In this document: positions 53,475-64,000 of the stretch, in pieces | Layout: each line of letters begins with the position of its first letter | How positions within the stretch are numbered: position 1 is the stretch's first letter | Assembly (NCBI GenBank): GCA_038087875.1 | Contig: CM075987.1 | Span: forward strand, 27,468,001-27,532,000 | DNA length: 64,000 nt | From: Malacoraja senta | Lineage: Eukaryota | Direction: 5' to 3' | Translations under genes and position numbers: made by a program | The notes under the pieces: generated by a model | Database searches by the model: none | The model's input: the letters and a program-made list of their open reading frames with translations, nothing else | What the model was told of the DNA's origin: nothing

Positions 53475-54475
53475 TATTAAACCGTAAATTAAGTAAAGAT
53501 TTTTGATACGTATTTAGCATATTCCCATCTTCCATTGATCCAAAGATAATCAATTCTGTATTCGGTTCCAGTCTTCTATTAAATAATTTTGTAAAAATTT
53601 CAAAAATTTCATTCCAGAATTTATGAAGTTTTATACAGAAGACAAAAGAGTGTGTTATAGTGGCATTCTCAGCTAAGCATTTATCACATATTGGTGAGAT
53701 ATTTGGATAAAATTTATTCAATCTAGTTTTCGAGTAATATAGTCTATGTAAAATTTTAAAATTGGATTAAATTATGTTTTACATTAATCGAACATTTATG
53801 TATATATATCAGGTATTTTTCCCATGCTTCTTTCGCAATTTTTATCTGTAATTCTTGTTCCCAATCTACTCTAATTGCCTCTGTTGATGGAGGTTCTATA
53901 TTTAAAATAATATTATATAAGTATGATATTAAATTGCTTGAATCTGCTTTAATATTCATCACTTCATCTAGTGAATCTAAAGTTATATTTTGATATCCTT
54001 GTATGTGTTGTTTCAAATAATCTCTGATTTGAAGGTATTTAAAGTATTGATTATTTTTCAAGTTGTATTTTAATTGTAGTTGTTGAAATGATAAAAAAGA
54101 TTCCCATTTCATACAAATCTCCAAAGCTTTTAATTCCTACTATTAAGGTTTTAAATACTGGCTATTTGAAATAGATGTCAAAACAATTGACAAACAGGCT
54201 GTAATCAAAAGCCTGTGTATCAACTGATAATGACCTTGAGTAGGAAAGAACTGCAGATGCTGGTTTAAATCAAAGGTAGGCACAAAATGCTGGAGTAACT
54301 TAGCAGGACAGAAATGGAGAGAAATAATGGGTGACGTTTTGGGTCGAGACCCTTCTTCAGACTTGATCTTGATCCTGATTCTGTTTGAAATGTGTGATCA
54401 TTTAATGTTAAGTGTTACAGCTGATACTGCAAAGCAATGCACATCTCATGACTCAAGACTCGCTGACGTATTAAT

Positions 54476-55008
54476 TTTGCTCTCCTAATTTGAGGAAGGA
54501 CATTCTTGCTATTGAGGGAGTGCAGCGTAGGTTCACCAGGTTAATTCCCAGGATGACGGGACTGACATATGATGAAAGAATGGGTCGACTGGCCTTGTAT
54601 TCACTCAAATTTAGAAGAATGAGAGGGGATCTTATAAAAACATATAAAATTGTTAAGGGGTTGGACAGGCTAGATGCAGGAAAAATGTTCCCGATGTTTG
54701 GGGAGTCCAGAATCAGGGGTCACAGTTTAAGAGTAAGAGGTAGGCCATTTAGGACTGAGATGAGGAAAAACTTTTTCACCCAGAGAGTTGTGAATCTGTG
54801 GAATTCTCTGTCACTGAAGGCAGTGGAAGCAAATTCACTGAATGTTTTCAAGAGAGAGTTAGATTTAGCTCTTGGGGCTAAAGGAATCAAGGGATATGGG
54901 GAGAAAGCAGGAACGGGGTACTGATTTTGGATGATCAGCCATGACCTTATTGAATGGCGGTGCTGGCTCAAAGGGTCGAATGGCTTACTCCTGCACCTAT
55001 TTTCTATG
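54476..55008 (+). mobile_element. CR1-clade (HER1-like) LINE 3' end
   Basis: ORF 54490-54924: RKDILAIEGVQRRFTRLIP...GIKGYGEKAGTGY*. Confidence 0.92.
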
Positions 55009-55769
55009 TTAATGTTCCCTGGCCTTTGCCTTCTTTTGTCCCTTAAAGGTAACATACTTTTCAACCCTTTTATAATTTGCATCGTAGAGATCTAAAATAG
55101 TCACCTGTCATTTTCATCATTAGAGCTGACCGAGTTAATCCAAAGAGCAAAAAAATTGAACATGCTGGAAATTTGAAATAACACAAAAAGCATGAGAGAT
55201 ACTCAATAAATCGTGCAGTATATGTGGAAAGACAAATGGAGTTTTCATTGGCGGTGGTGACCTTAAATAGGTTGGGGACATTGTGGTAAGTGGGGGTCAT
55301 TGGGGAGTCACGACATCAAGGATTGGGAAATCACGGGAAACAACATCAGTGATTGGGATTTGTGGAAGGGACAATGAAATTTGGAGATGGGACAAGATAT
55401 TGGGGATTGAATTGGACTAATTATTTTGGCAATGAAGAAAATGGTGTGAAGGGTGAATAGCAAGTAAAGTCCTTAAAGAACGTTGACACCCCAGACTCAC
55501 TGGTCATGAAGCAGGTATAGCTACAGTAGCTGAAAAATACATTTGCATAGAGTGCTACCTTATAACAAAAGAGGAGCAAGCCACAGAACGACCTCCTCCC
55601 CCTGCCCAAGCCAGACAATACAGTTAAAGGAGAGTGAACAGGTTTTATTTACATAGAGTGGTGGGTGCCTGGAAAGTGCTGCCAGGGGTGGTGGTAGAGG
55701 CAGACACAATAGTGGTGTTTCAGAGGCTTTTAGATATTACATGGATATGCAGGGAATGAAAGGATATGG

Positions 55770-58115
55770 TTCTTGGTCCTCCAAAATATTCCAAATGGAA
55801 TATAAACTGGAGGTGGTGGAGGGAGGACTTAAGGCCAGAAAGGGTTTCTGGGAAGAAAGAGCTACCTTAATTTAGTTGCATCTGGTTGGGTAACTATAGT
55901 AGGGTGAAGACTATTCCATGCTTTAATTGTGTGGGGGAAGAATGAATTGCTGTACACATCTGTCTTGGTAGCTGGTATCTCAAATTGGATCGAATGCCCT
56001 CGTCTGCTCCTAATTGGTTTAGGCTTGGTGTACGTTTTGTAATCTATGTTGAGCTGACCATTTAACATTTTGTAAAAACAGGTCAAATGGTCTGTCTTGG
56101 AGAGGGTTCCACCCCAGTGAATTCAGAAGTTTGGTAACACTCGCTTCTCTCTCATAGGTATTAGTAACAAATCGAGCTGCCTGTCTTTGGACACATTCGA
56201 TGGAAGAAATGTTTTTATTTGTGTATGGTGCATGCTGCAACTGCGTAGTCCAAATGAGGTCTAACGAGGGTGAAGTATAGCTTCTCCTTGACAGAAGTTG
56301 AACAATGTTAAAAGTTGCGTCTCAGAAAATTTAGGACACCTGTTGCTTTCACCGTTGCATGATGGGTCTGACCATTCCAACGTAGATCGTTCTGCAATTT
56401 GATGCCAAGATACTTGGTTTGTTTGGATTCTTCAAGGGTGGCACCAAGTATATTGTAAGATGTTTTGCATGGATTCCTCTTTCTGGTGACACGCATGGTT
56501 CACATTTGGAAGGGTAGAACTGCATGCCCCATTGTTGTGAACCACTCAACCATAAGTATCGAGATCCTTTTGGAGAGCATCTTCATCATCAGCTGACTTA
56601 ATTGGACGGTACAGCAAACAATCATCAGCGAATAGTCTGGTCGTACTTGTGACTTTTTCATGGATGTTATTTATGTAAAGCAAAAACAGATGTGGGCCAA
56701 GTACTGTGCCCTGAGGTATACCACTCAACACTGGACACCAATCAGAGCTCTTTCCGTTCACACACACGGCACTGAAGACATTTTGTCAGGAAACTGGAAA
56801 TCCATCGTTTCGTGTTGGAACGAATACCATAGAAGTCAAGCTTCCGAGCAGTCTCTGGTGTGGGATGACATCAAATGCTTTAGAAAAGTCCAGCACTACT
56901 AAATCCGTGATGACGTTACTATCAAGGTGCTTGGCCAGGTCATTTGTCGTCAGGATAAGCTGAGACTCACATGATCTATGCCTCCTAAATGCATGTTGGT
57001 TGTCAGCAAGAATGTTATGTTTGCTCACATGTCTAATCAGATTACTATCAATTAAATGCTCCAGCAGTTTGCAGCAAATACTTGTTAATGAAACAGGGCG
57101 ATAATTCGCCGGGTTGGTGGTTGAACTCTTCTTAAAGAGAGGAGTAATGTTAGCCTTCCTCCAATCCAGCGGAACATCACCCGAGTCAAGCGACTGTTGG
57201 AAAATGAACTGCAAAACTGGAGCCAGTTCTTCGGCCGCGATCTTGAGGGGTTGATTTGATCTGATCTGGTCCATTTGCTTTTGTTGTATTGATGTTAAGC
57301 AATAACTTCTTTGACACCTTCAACCTCAATTTTAATAGCAGGCATATCAGCATACAGGCTGGGCAGTAGATCTGGAAATGATGAAGGCTCCATATCTTCC
57401 CGGGTGAAAAACGTGTTGAAATTGGTTTCCAAGAGCTTCTGCTATCGCCTGGTCCTCAGTGATCAGACAGTTGTTCACTTAAAACATCTGGACACCAGTG
57501 TTGTCTGTCCGTCTGGATTTCACATATCTCCAAAAAGCCTTGGCTTGCTCTCCCCCAAGAATAGAAGAAACATGTTGTCCCTGAGCATTCCTAATAGCAC
57601 GATCGACTTGCTTTCACACTCTAGTAAAATTGTCCCAGTCGGGTTTTGTACCCCTTTTTGTGGCACGGATATAAAACTTCTCTTTCTTACTGCAGAGACG
57701 TTTCCGTTTTGCCGAAAACCAAGGAGGACGCATACGGCCCTTAATGAGTTTTTGAGGAACATGATTTGTACCAATATTATTTAAAGAGTCTCTCAGCCAC
57801 ACCCAGTTGTCTTTTACGGATCTTTTACGGATGAGAAGTGGAGAGCGTGACTAGGCGTTAATTTTGGAGATGTTTGATCCAAGATCTAAAGAGGCTCCGT
57901 TTTCATGTCAGGTGGTCGGTAAAAGTTTCCGATCTTTAACGACTGACCCTGGAGTGTAGCTTGACACCAGATTTGCTCAGAGTCGCTGTCTAAATCAGTT
58001 CTGTCAAAACAAGGAATGGTATTGTTAACTCCGATGAAGACACCGCCTCCATGTGAGTTTCTGTCCTTTCTAAAAATTTGGAGGTGAGGAGGGAAAATCC
58101 CAGCAGATTGATTGA
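55770..58115 (-). mobile_element. Degraded CR1-group LINE of a distinct, invertebrate-like lineage (APE endonuclease plus RT)
   Basis: FRKDRNSHGGGVFIGV...IGNFYRPPD; NPANYRPVSLTSICCKLLEH...DFSKAFD; SGIPQGTVLGPHLFLLYIN...RLFADDCLLYR; SFFPHTIKAWNSL; 3' palindrome atattcca-tt-tggaatat. Confidence 0.88.
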
Positions 58116-58459
58116 TGGGTTCACATATATACAACAGAAATTAACTTGGCATCAAGTTCACCGTGATTGAAGGGCCTGTTCCCATGCTGCCACTGTTCTC
58201 TGTTATCTTCTAAGCTTTTCTCAGCAGTAGCGGAGTTTATCTTGGCCCACTCACATAATCCTGGCACGTTGCAGGATCTCACTGATCCTCTAGGCCACCA
58301 AGTTCAACCTTCAGGTTCCAACCCCGATACGTTTGGTACAATGGGAAATATAAGTGGGTATGCTGGGCAGTGGACCCAACTCAGAACATTCTGCGACCAT
58401 ATCATCTTTGCTACTGTTTTGATTTAGTTTTGTTTGTATTATTTGCCAAATATGTCATT

Positions 58460-59108
58460 GACTCATACAGCATTGAAACAGGCTCTTTGGCCCAATTTGC
58501 CCACACTGACCAACATGTTCCATCTACACTAGTCCCACCTGCCGCCGTTTGGCCCATATCCCTCTAAACCTGTCCTATCCATGTACCTATCTGTATGCTT
58601 CCTAAACGTTGCAATAATACCTCGACTACCTCCTTCCAGCAGCTTGTTCCATACACCGTGGAAAAGTTACCCCTCAGGTTCTTATTAATTCTTCACCACT
58701 TCACCTTAAACCTAGGTCATCTGGTTCTCAATTCCCCTACTCTGGGCAAGAGACTGTGCGTCTACCCGATCTATTACTCTCATGATTTTGTACACGTCTA
58801 TTAGATCACCCTTCATGCTCCTGCGCTCCCAGCAGTCCTAGCCTGCTCAACTCTCCCTAAAGCTTAGCCCCTCGAGTCCTGACAACATCCTCATAAATCT
58901 TCTCTGCACTCTTTCCAGCTTGGCAGCATCTTTCCTATAACATGATGCCCAGAACTGAACGCAATACTCTAAATGCACACTTACCAACGTCTTACACAAC
59001 TGCAACATGACCTCCCAACTTCTATACTCAATACTGTGACTGATGAGGCCAATGTGCGGAAGCCTATTTGGCCACCTTATCTACCTGCGACTCCACCTTC
59101 AAGGAACC
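58460..59108 (-). mobile_element. CR1/HER1-type LINE 3' portion
   Basis: Homologous to 12831-13350 and extends further 5'. Confidence 0.85.
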
Positions 59109-59117
59109 TCGATCCCT

Positions 59118-60456
59118 ATACATAGATACATAGAAAATAGGTGCAGGAGTAGGCCATTCGGCCCTTCGAGCCGGCACCGCCATTCAATATGATCATGGCT
59201 GATCATCCAACTCAGTATCCCGTACCTGCCTTCTCTCCATACCCCCTGATCCCTTTAGCCACAAGGGCCACATCTAACTCCCTCTTAAATATAGCCAATG
59301 AACTGCCTCAACTACCCTCTGTGGCAGAGAGTTCCAGAGATTCACCACTCTCTGTGTGAAAAAGTTTTTCCTCATCTCGGTCTTAATAATAATAATAATA
59401 ATGGATTTATTTACGGGCGCCTTATACCGAGGTCTCAAGGACACCATACAGAGATTTATAGAAAACATATAATCAGAATTTAAAAAAAATAGGTTATAAA
59501 GACCAATACATAAATCAGGGACGAAATTCCTTCCAAAAAACACAAAAAAAAGAAAATCAGAAGCACAATTTGAGGAGAGAGCAGCGGCAATTTAACGCCA
59601 GCGTCCACTCTCCCTCCGACCGCCATCTTGAACACAGACTAACAAATACAATTACAAACAATTACATACAAAAATCATCCCCCCACAATGATTTCCATTG
59701 TGGGGGAAGGCACAATGTCCAGTCCCCAGCCCCAGTTCACCCAAAAAAAGTCAGGCCAAATGAAGCCCCCGCTATTGCCTCTACGGAGGCCCGATGATCC
59801 TGGCCGTTCTCGCCGGGTGATGTAGCCCCGGCGTCGGGAGAGTCCTCCAGCAGCTGGGCCACCTGGAACGGCCGCATCCCTCACCGGAGGCCGCAACTAC
59901 GGCTGGAACGGCCGATTTCCCGCAGGTGTCCGCAGCACCTGAAGCCGACAAGGCCGCGCCGATTTGGAGCTCAAGGCTCCCGGTGTTGGAGTCGGCGCCG
60001 CCGCCCGCGAATGGTCGCTCCAGTCCCGGAGGTGTTGAGCTCGGCGGTCCAGCTCACCGGAGCTCCAGCGCGTCGGTCCAGCGCGGCGACCCAGGCAAGG
60101 CATCGCCCGCTCCGCTGCACAGTAGCGCTCCAGCGCCGTGCCGCCACCGAAGCTGAGGGTGCTGTGCGGTTCCCGCCAGGAAACGCCGCTCCACGCCCGC
60201 TGGTAGGCCGCGAGGACGGGTCGAATGGGCAGCCGGAGAGAAGGCTGCCTCACCGACCAGGTAGGGACCAGGAAGTGGTTTCCCCTTGATCCCCCCACAT
60301 TAAAGGATTTCCCCCTTATCCTTAAGCTGTGACCCCTTGTCCTGGACTTCCCCAACATCGGGAAACAATCTTCCTGCATCTAGCCTGTCCAACCCCATAA
60401 GAATTTTGTAACGTTTCTATAAGATCCCCTCTCAATCTCCTAAATTCTAGCGAGTA
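59118..60456 (-). mobile_element. CR1-clade LINE 3' end, split by a GC-rich insertion
   Basis: 59118-59386 and 60300-60456 rejoin as ...ctcggtcttaaaggatttcccc... Confidence 0.8.
59387..60299 (-). mobile_element. GC/CpG-rich non-coding retroposon (about 0.9 kb) with L2-like tail and (TTA)n end
   Basis: Minus-strand 3' end gtgtccttgagacctcggtataaggcgcccgtaaataaatcc(att)n; 11-bp hairpin at 59680-59706; TTAA at both junctions. Confidence 0.7.
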
Positions 60457-61884
60457 TTTATGCTCTACAACACTCCCCAGAGCCCTACCATTTCACTGTG
60501 TAGGTCATGCCCATGCTGGGCTTCCCAAAATGCAGCACCTCACATTTCACTGTATAATATTCCACCAACCATTCCTCAGTCCACCTATCCAAACAATCAA
60601 GATCCTGCTGCAAGTTTTGACAACCAAAGTTGTCTGCCAATTCAAATCCTGAAACATGGATTGGTTAATCCCTTAATTTACTGAGATATTCTGCTAAATG
60701 AGGGAATGAACACATTGACATAAGCACACTGCTATAGAGCAACTTCCACACGTTTAATGTCAGTATCTATATCAGATCTGATATTTCATTGGGCACATCT
60801 TCAGCAAATCTCAAGCAAATATTTTATGCATTGATAGATAGCTACGTTAAATCATTGCCATTTATCATCAGATGCCAAGTGTAGTCATTTATATATGACG
60901 GAGGAAAAATATGTTAAAGTTTCCATCGTTAATTCAGTGAGCTATATCCACTAATGTACACGCAGGGCCCTTTATCATTTATCAGTTTGACCCATGCACA
61001 TCTCACACTGTTCCTGGAGACGGCTGGTTGAGCCATGCTGACTTGTGGTCTTGGTGGAATGAAGAAAGCAATGAGCTTACATTTATTCTTTGAGTCAGCT
61101 CAGCTTGAATAGCAATGCTCTCTTCACTTTTTAATCCACACAAGACACTGCATTTTCTGCTTCTTCAGTTCTCAACTCATACCTGAAATTGACCACATTC
61201 TTGTCAAGTGAGGATGGACATCTTGTGTTGAAACTGGAACTAAACCCTTTCAAAAAGTGCAATTAAGAGATTCACTTTGCGCCTAATGGAGATTAAAAGG
61301 TTATAATAGAAGATACTGACTTGCATTGGCATGCTAAGCACATTCCATGAAGTAAAGAATGCAAAATTCATGCTGAGTTCTTCAATATAATTGCACAAGA
61401 ATTTCAAATGTACCCAGTGTGATCCTCTTTTCCCTTGCACAGCTCAAGTGTCAGCTGTGGCTCAACTGGGAGCACTTGGAAGGTTGATCTACTTCTGAAA
61501 CTCAACAACTTGAGCTCCTGGAACCTGTTGAACTGGTTCGGCTGTAGTATTGAGGCTGGTACCGAAAATATATAATCTTGATGGGCCGAATGGCCTAATT
61601 CTGCACCTATCACTTATGAAGTTCATCAAATTATCCATGTCCTTAGGCATACTTTAATTAAATAAAGCCTCAGCAAATTTTCATAATACAAAGTCAGACT
61701 TTATGAGATCATGCTTTTATATCTGTGCAAATGATTCGTCTGTACGCTAAGCCACAACAGATTCCTTGTATGAAAGCATCCATCATCTTGAGTGAGAGAA
61801 GTATGATGAGCAGAAAGTGGTGAATAGATATCACTGACTCTGTGGAATGTTAACCAATACCTAACAGGCAAAAATAATTAACAA

Positions 61885-62206
61885 AAGATAGAAACAAAAT
61901 GCTGGAGTAACTCGCTGATGGCAGCATCTCTGGAGAGAAGGGATGTATCGGGTCGAGACCTTCTTCAGAGTCGGGGGAGAGGAGTCTAGAGAAATGGAAG
62001 GGTAAGGTGTGAAAAGGACATATCAAAGCAGATGGTAATCAAGGAAATGTAGAATAGTTCATTGTTGGCTGAGGGGAAGGTGACAATGAGGCATACAAAC
62101 AGTAAAATTAATCAGGACAGTGAAACTAGTCGGAGAACTAGGGTGGGGGAGGGAAGGAGAGGGAAAGCAAGGGTTACTTGAAGTTAGAGAAATCAACATT
62201 CATACA
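61885..62206 (-). mobile_element. Penelope-like element 3' end: ORF stop, UTR/pLTR, degenerate hammerhead, tail
   Basis: Minus strand MNVDFSNFK*, about 200 nt pyrimidine-rich UTR, ctctgaagaaggtctcgacccga, then ccttctctccagagatgctgcc tail. Confidence 0.8.
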
Positions 62207-62332
62207 TGTTCATAAGTAACAACAGAAGTAATTTATTTACTGACCTGACTGACCAATGGATTTGTTTTACTTTCCTTATTAAAAGTTACAAAGTTATTCT
62301 TTTTTAAATTATGAAGACCTAATTTTAAGTTA

Positions 62333-62430
62333 GATAGACACAAAATCTGAGTAACTCAGCGGGACAGGCAGCATCTTTGGAGAGAAGGAATGGGTAACGT
62401 TTCGGGTCGAGGCCCTTCTACAGACTGATT
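62333..62430 (-). mobile_element. Short Penelope/hammerhead insertion
   Basis: Unit consensus; aatt(t)taagtta repeated on both sides. Confidence 0.75.
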
Positions 62431-64000
62431 TCAATCAATTAACTAATTTAAGTTACTCTGACTGAGATGTGTAAAATGTGGCTAATAAAGTCACGTTTAA
62501 TGTGCAAGTCTTATCAGTGTGCAAAAACAGCATTATCTGGTGTGGATAAAATACATTTTGCTGGGCAATATTCAGTACCTGTTCTCACTAAAAACAGGAA
62601 CTTGCCTTCAGCTTCCCAGAGATTTGACAATTAACCTAGTATCTCCCAGTTAAAACAAATTAAATTTAGTATAGAAGGTCTGGGCTGGAATTCATCGATG
62701 TGAAAATTCTGTTAATATTCCTGCAATATCATCCAACTTTTCCAATGTAGAAAGTGAACAACTGAAACTGTGAAAGACTCAGTCCTGCAGGTAATAAATT
62801 GTTCCAGAGGATTGAGAAATCAAATACTTAAAGTTATAGAGTGATACAGCATGGAAACAGGCCCTTCGGCCCAACTTGCCCACACCGGCCAACATGTCCC
62901 AGCTACACTAGTCCCACCAGGCGGCATTCGGCCATATCCCTCCAACCCTGCCCTATCCATGTACCTGTCTAAACTGTTTCTAAATGTTGGGATGGTCCCT
63001 ACTTCAACTACTTCCTCTGGCAGCTTTGGGTTAAAGTACGAGAGGAAAGGTTTTCAGCTTTTTCACACAGAGGATGGTGCAGGAAAGAACTGCCAAAGGA
63101 AGTGGTTGATGTAGGTGCCATAACAATATGTAAAAGACACTTTGATAGATATATGGTTAGGAAAAGATTGAAAGGTGTATAAAAAATGGAACCAACATAG
63201 ATGGACATTTATGCTCAGCATGGACCAGTTGGGCCGAAGAACCTTTTCCTATGAGACCAGCTAATACAAAGATAATTTATATCTGTGCCCGCTGCATACA
63301 CACATCAGGTGTTGTAATTGTTTCACATCTTCCAATATCTCCGGTTCAATTCTGCTCCAGAATTACTCAGCAAGTTCAGCCACTATCTAAGGGAAAAGTT
63401 ACAAAGTTAATGTTTCTGGTGAATGTTCTAACGACTGAAGATCCTGACATCAGGCTTAAGAAAGGTTTTGGACTGTTCTCTTTTGTTGGACACCTCCCAC
63501 CCGAGGAAATTATTATTCTGCTGCTGACAAAAATATATGTGTACCATAGAAGAACTAAGAGGGCAAAAAATGTCAATTAAGATTAGTGAAGTCTAGATCA
63601 TTTAATAATACCCTACCAACACATGGGCACCAGATTTTCAATGCAAAAGTCAAAACTAATGCCAATGCCCTCCTTCCTATCATAGACCTGTCAGCTCTAA
63701 GTCACGGCACTCAAAAGAGAAAGAATCCAAAAAAGTTCCCAGATTGGCTTTTGATACTATAGTTAGCACAAAAAGTTTGTCGTATAATTGAATCTTGACA
63801 GCAATGTTTATTACCTGGAGCATGGACAGTTGACAATGAGCATGGAAAAGAAAAATTGAGATATTAGATCATATTTTGTTCAGATGCCACTAAAAATACT
63901 ATCTGGCAGCAGGAGTACTGCCAGAAACTCTTGCCTAAAAAAATCATTGTTGAACAGCTTGATCGTCAAATCATCATGTTGCACTCTGCCGCTGGAATCC

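Larger units (their letters stand above)
50456..54138 (-). mobile_element. 5'-truncated L1-clade LINE (outer element), perfect 14-bp TSD
   Basis: actattaaggtttt at 50442-50455 and 54139-54152; TT/AAAA target; ORF2 C-terminus FKYLQIRDY...LIQF...SPICDKC...ATITHSF..C..L.KFW, continuing after the inner insert as IMAKKLILKF...WSPFIDFL. Confidence 0.9.

Noticed and set aside
59038..59075. Hammerhead core CTGATGAGGCC
   Set aside because: Lies on the antisense strand of CR1 coding sequence; no stem II closure or GAAA in register
59570..60379. Protein-coding ORFs or a gene-promoter CpG island
   Set aside because: Overlapping ORFs on both strands reflect high GC; the block is an insertion splitting a CR1 fragment

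Overview
Eukaryotic, repeat-dominated DNA. The element repertoire points to a cartilaginous fish, probably a skate or ray: HE1-type tRNA/V-SINEs, several CR1/HER1-type LINE subfamilies, Rex1/Babar LINEs, L1 and Penelope-like elements. Nearly all ORFs in the track are retroelement fragments or chance. Host-gene evidence is limited to one plausible terminal coding exon (+, 3126-3422; not identified) and a few weak minus-strand exon candidates. The most notable system is a very abundant family of short (about 80-170 nt) insertions derived from the pseudo-LTR of a Penelope-like element. Each carries a minimal type-I hammerhead-ribozyme core (CTGAAGA-A-stem II-GAAA-CGTC/CGTT) with covarying stems. 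Many have clean 9-16 bp target-site duplications, and several are head-to-head inverted pairs. Other observations: an L1 nested in another L1; an invertebrate-looking CR1-group LINE; a Vingi-like LINE relic; a hAT-type MITE; GC-rich SINE-like elements sharing a central hairpin but carrying different LINE tails; and old DeuSINE-like relics. Family names come from recall of motifs, not from database searches, and repeat boundaries without a TSD are approximate.
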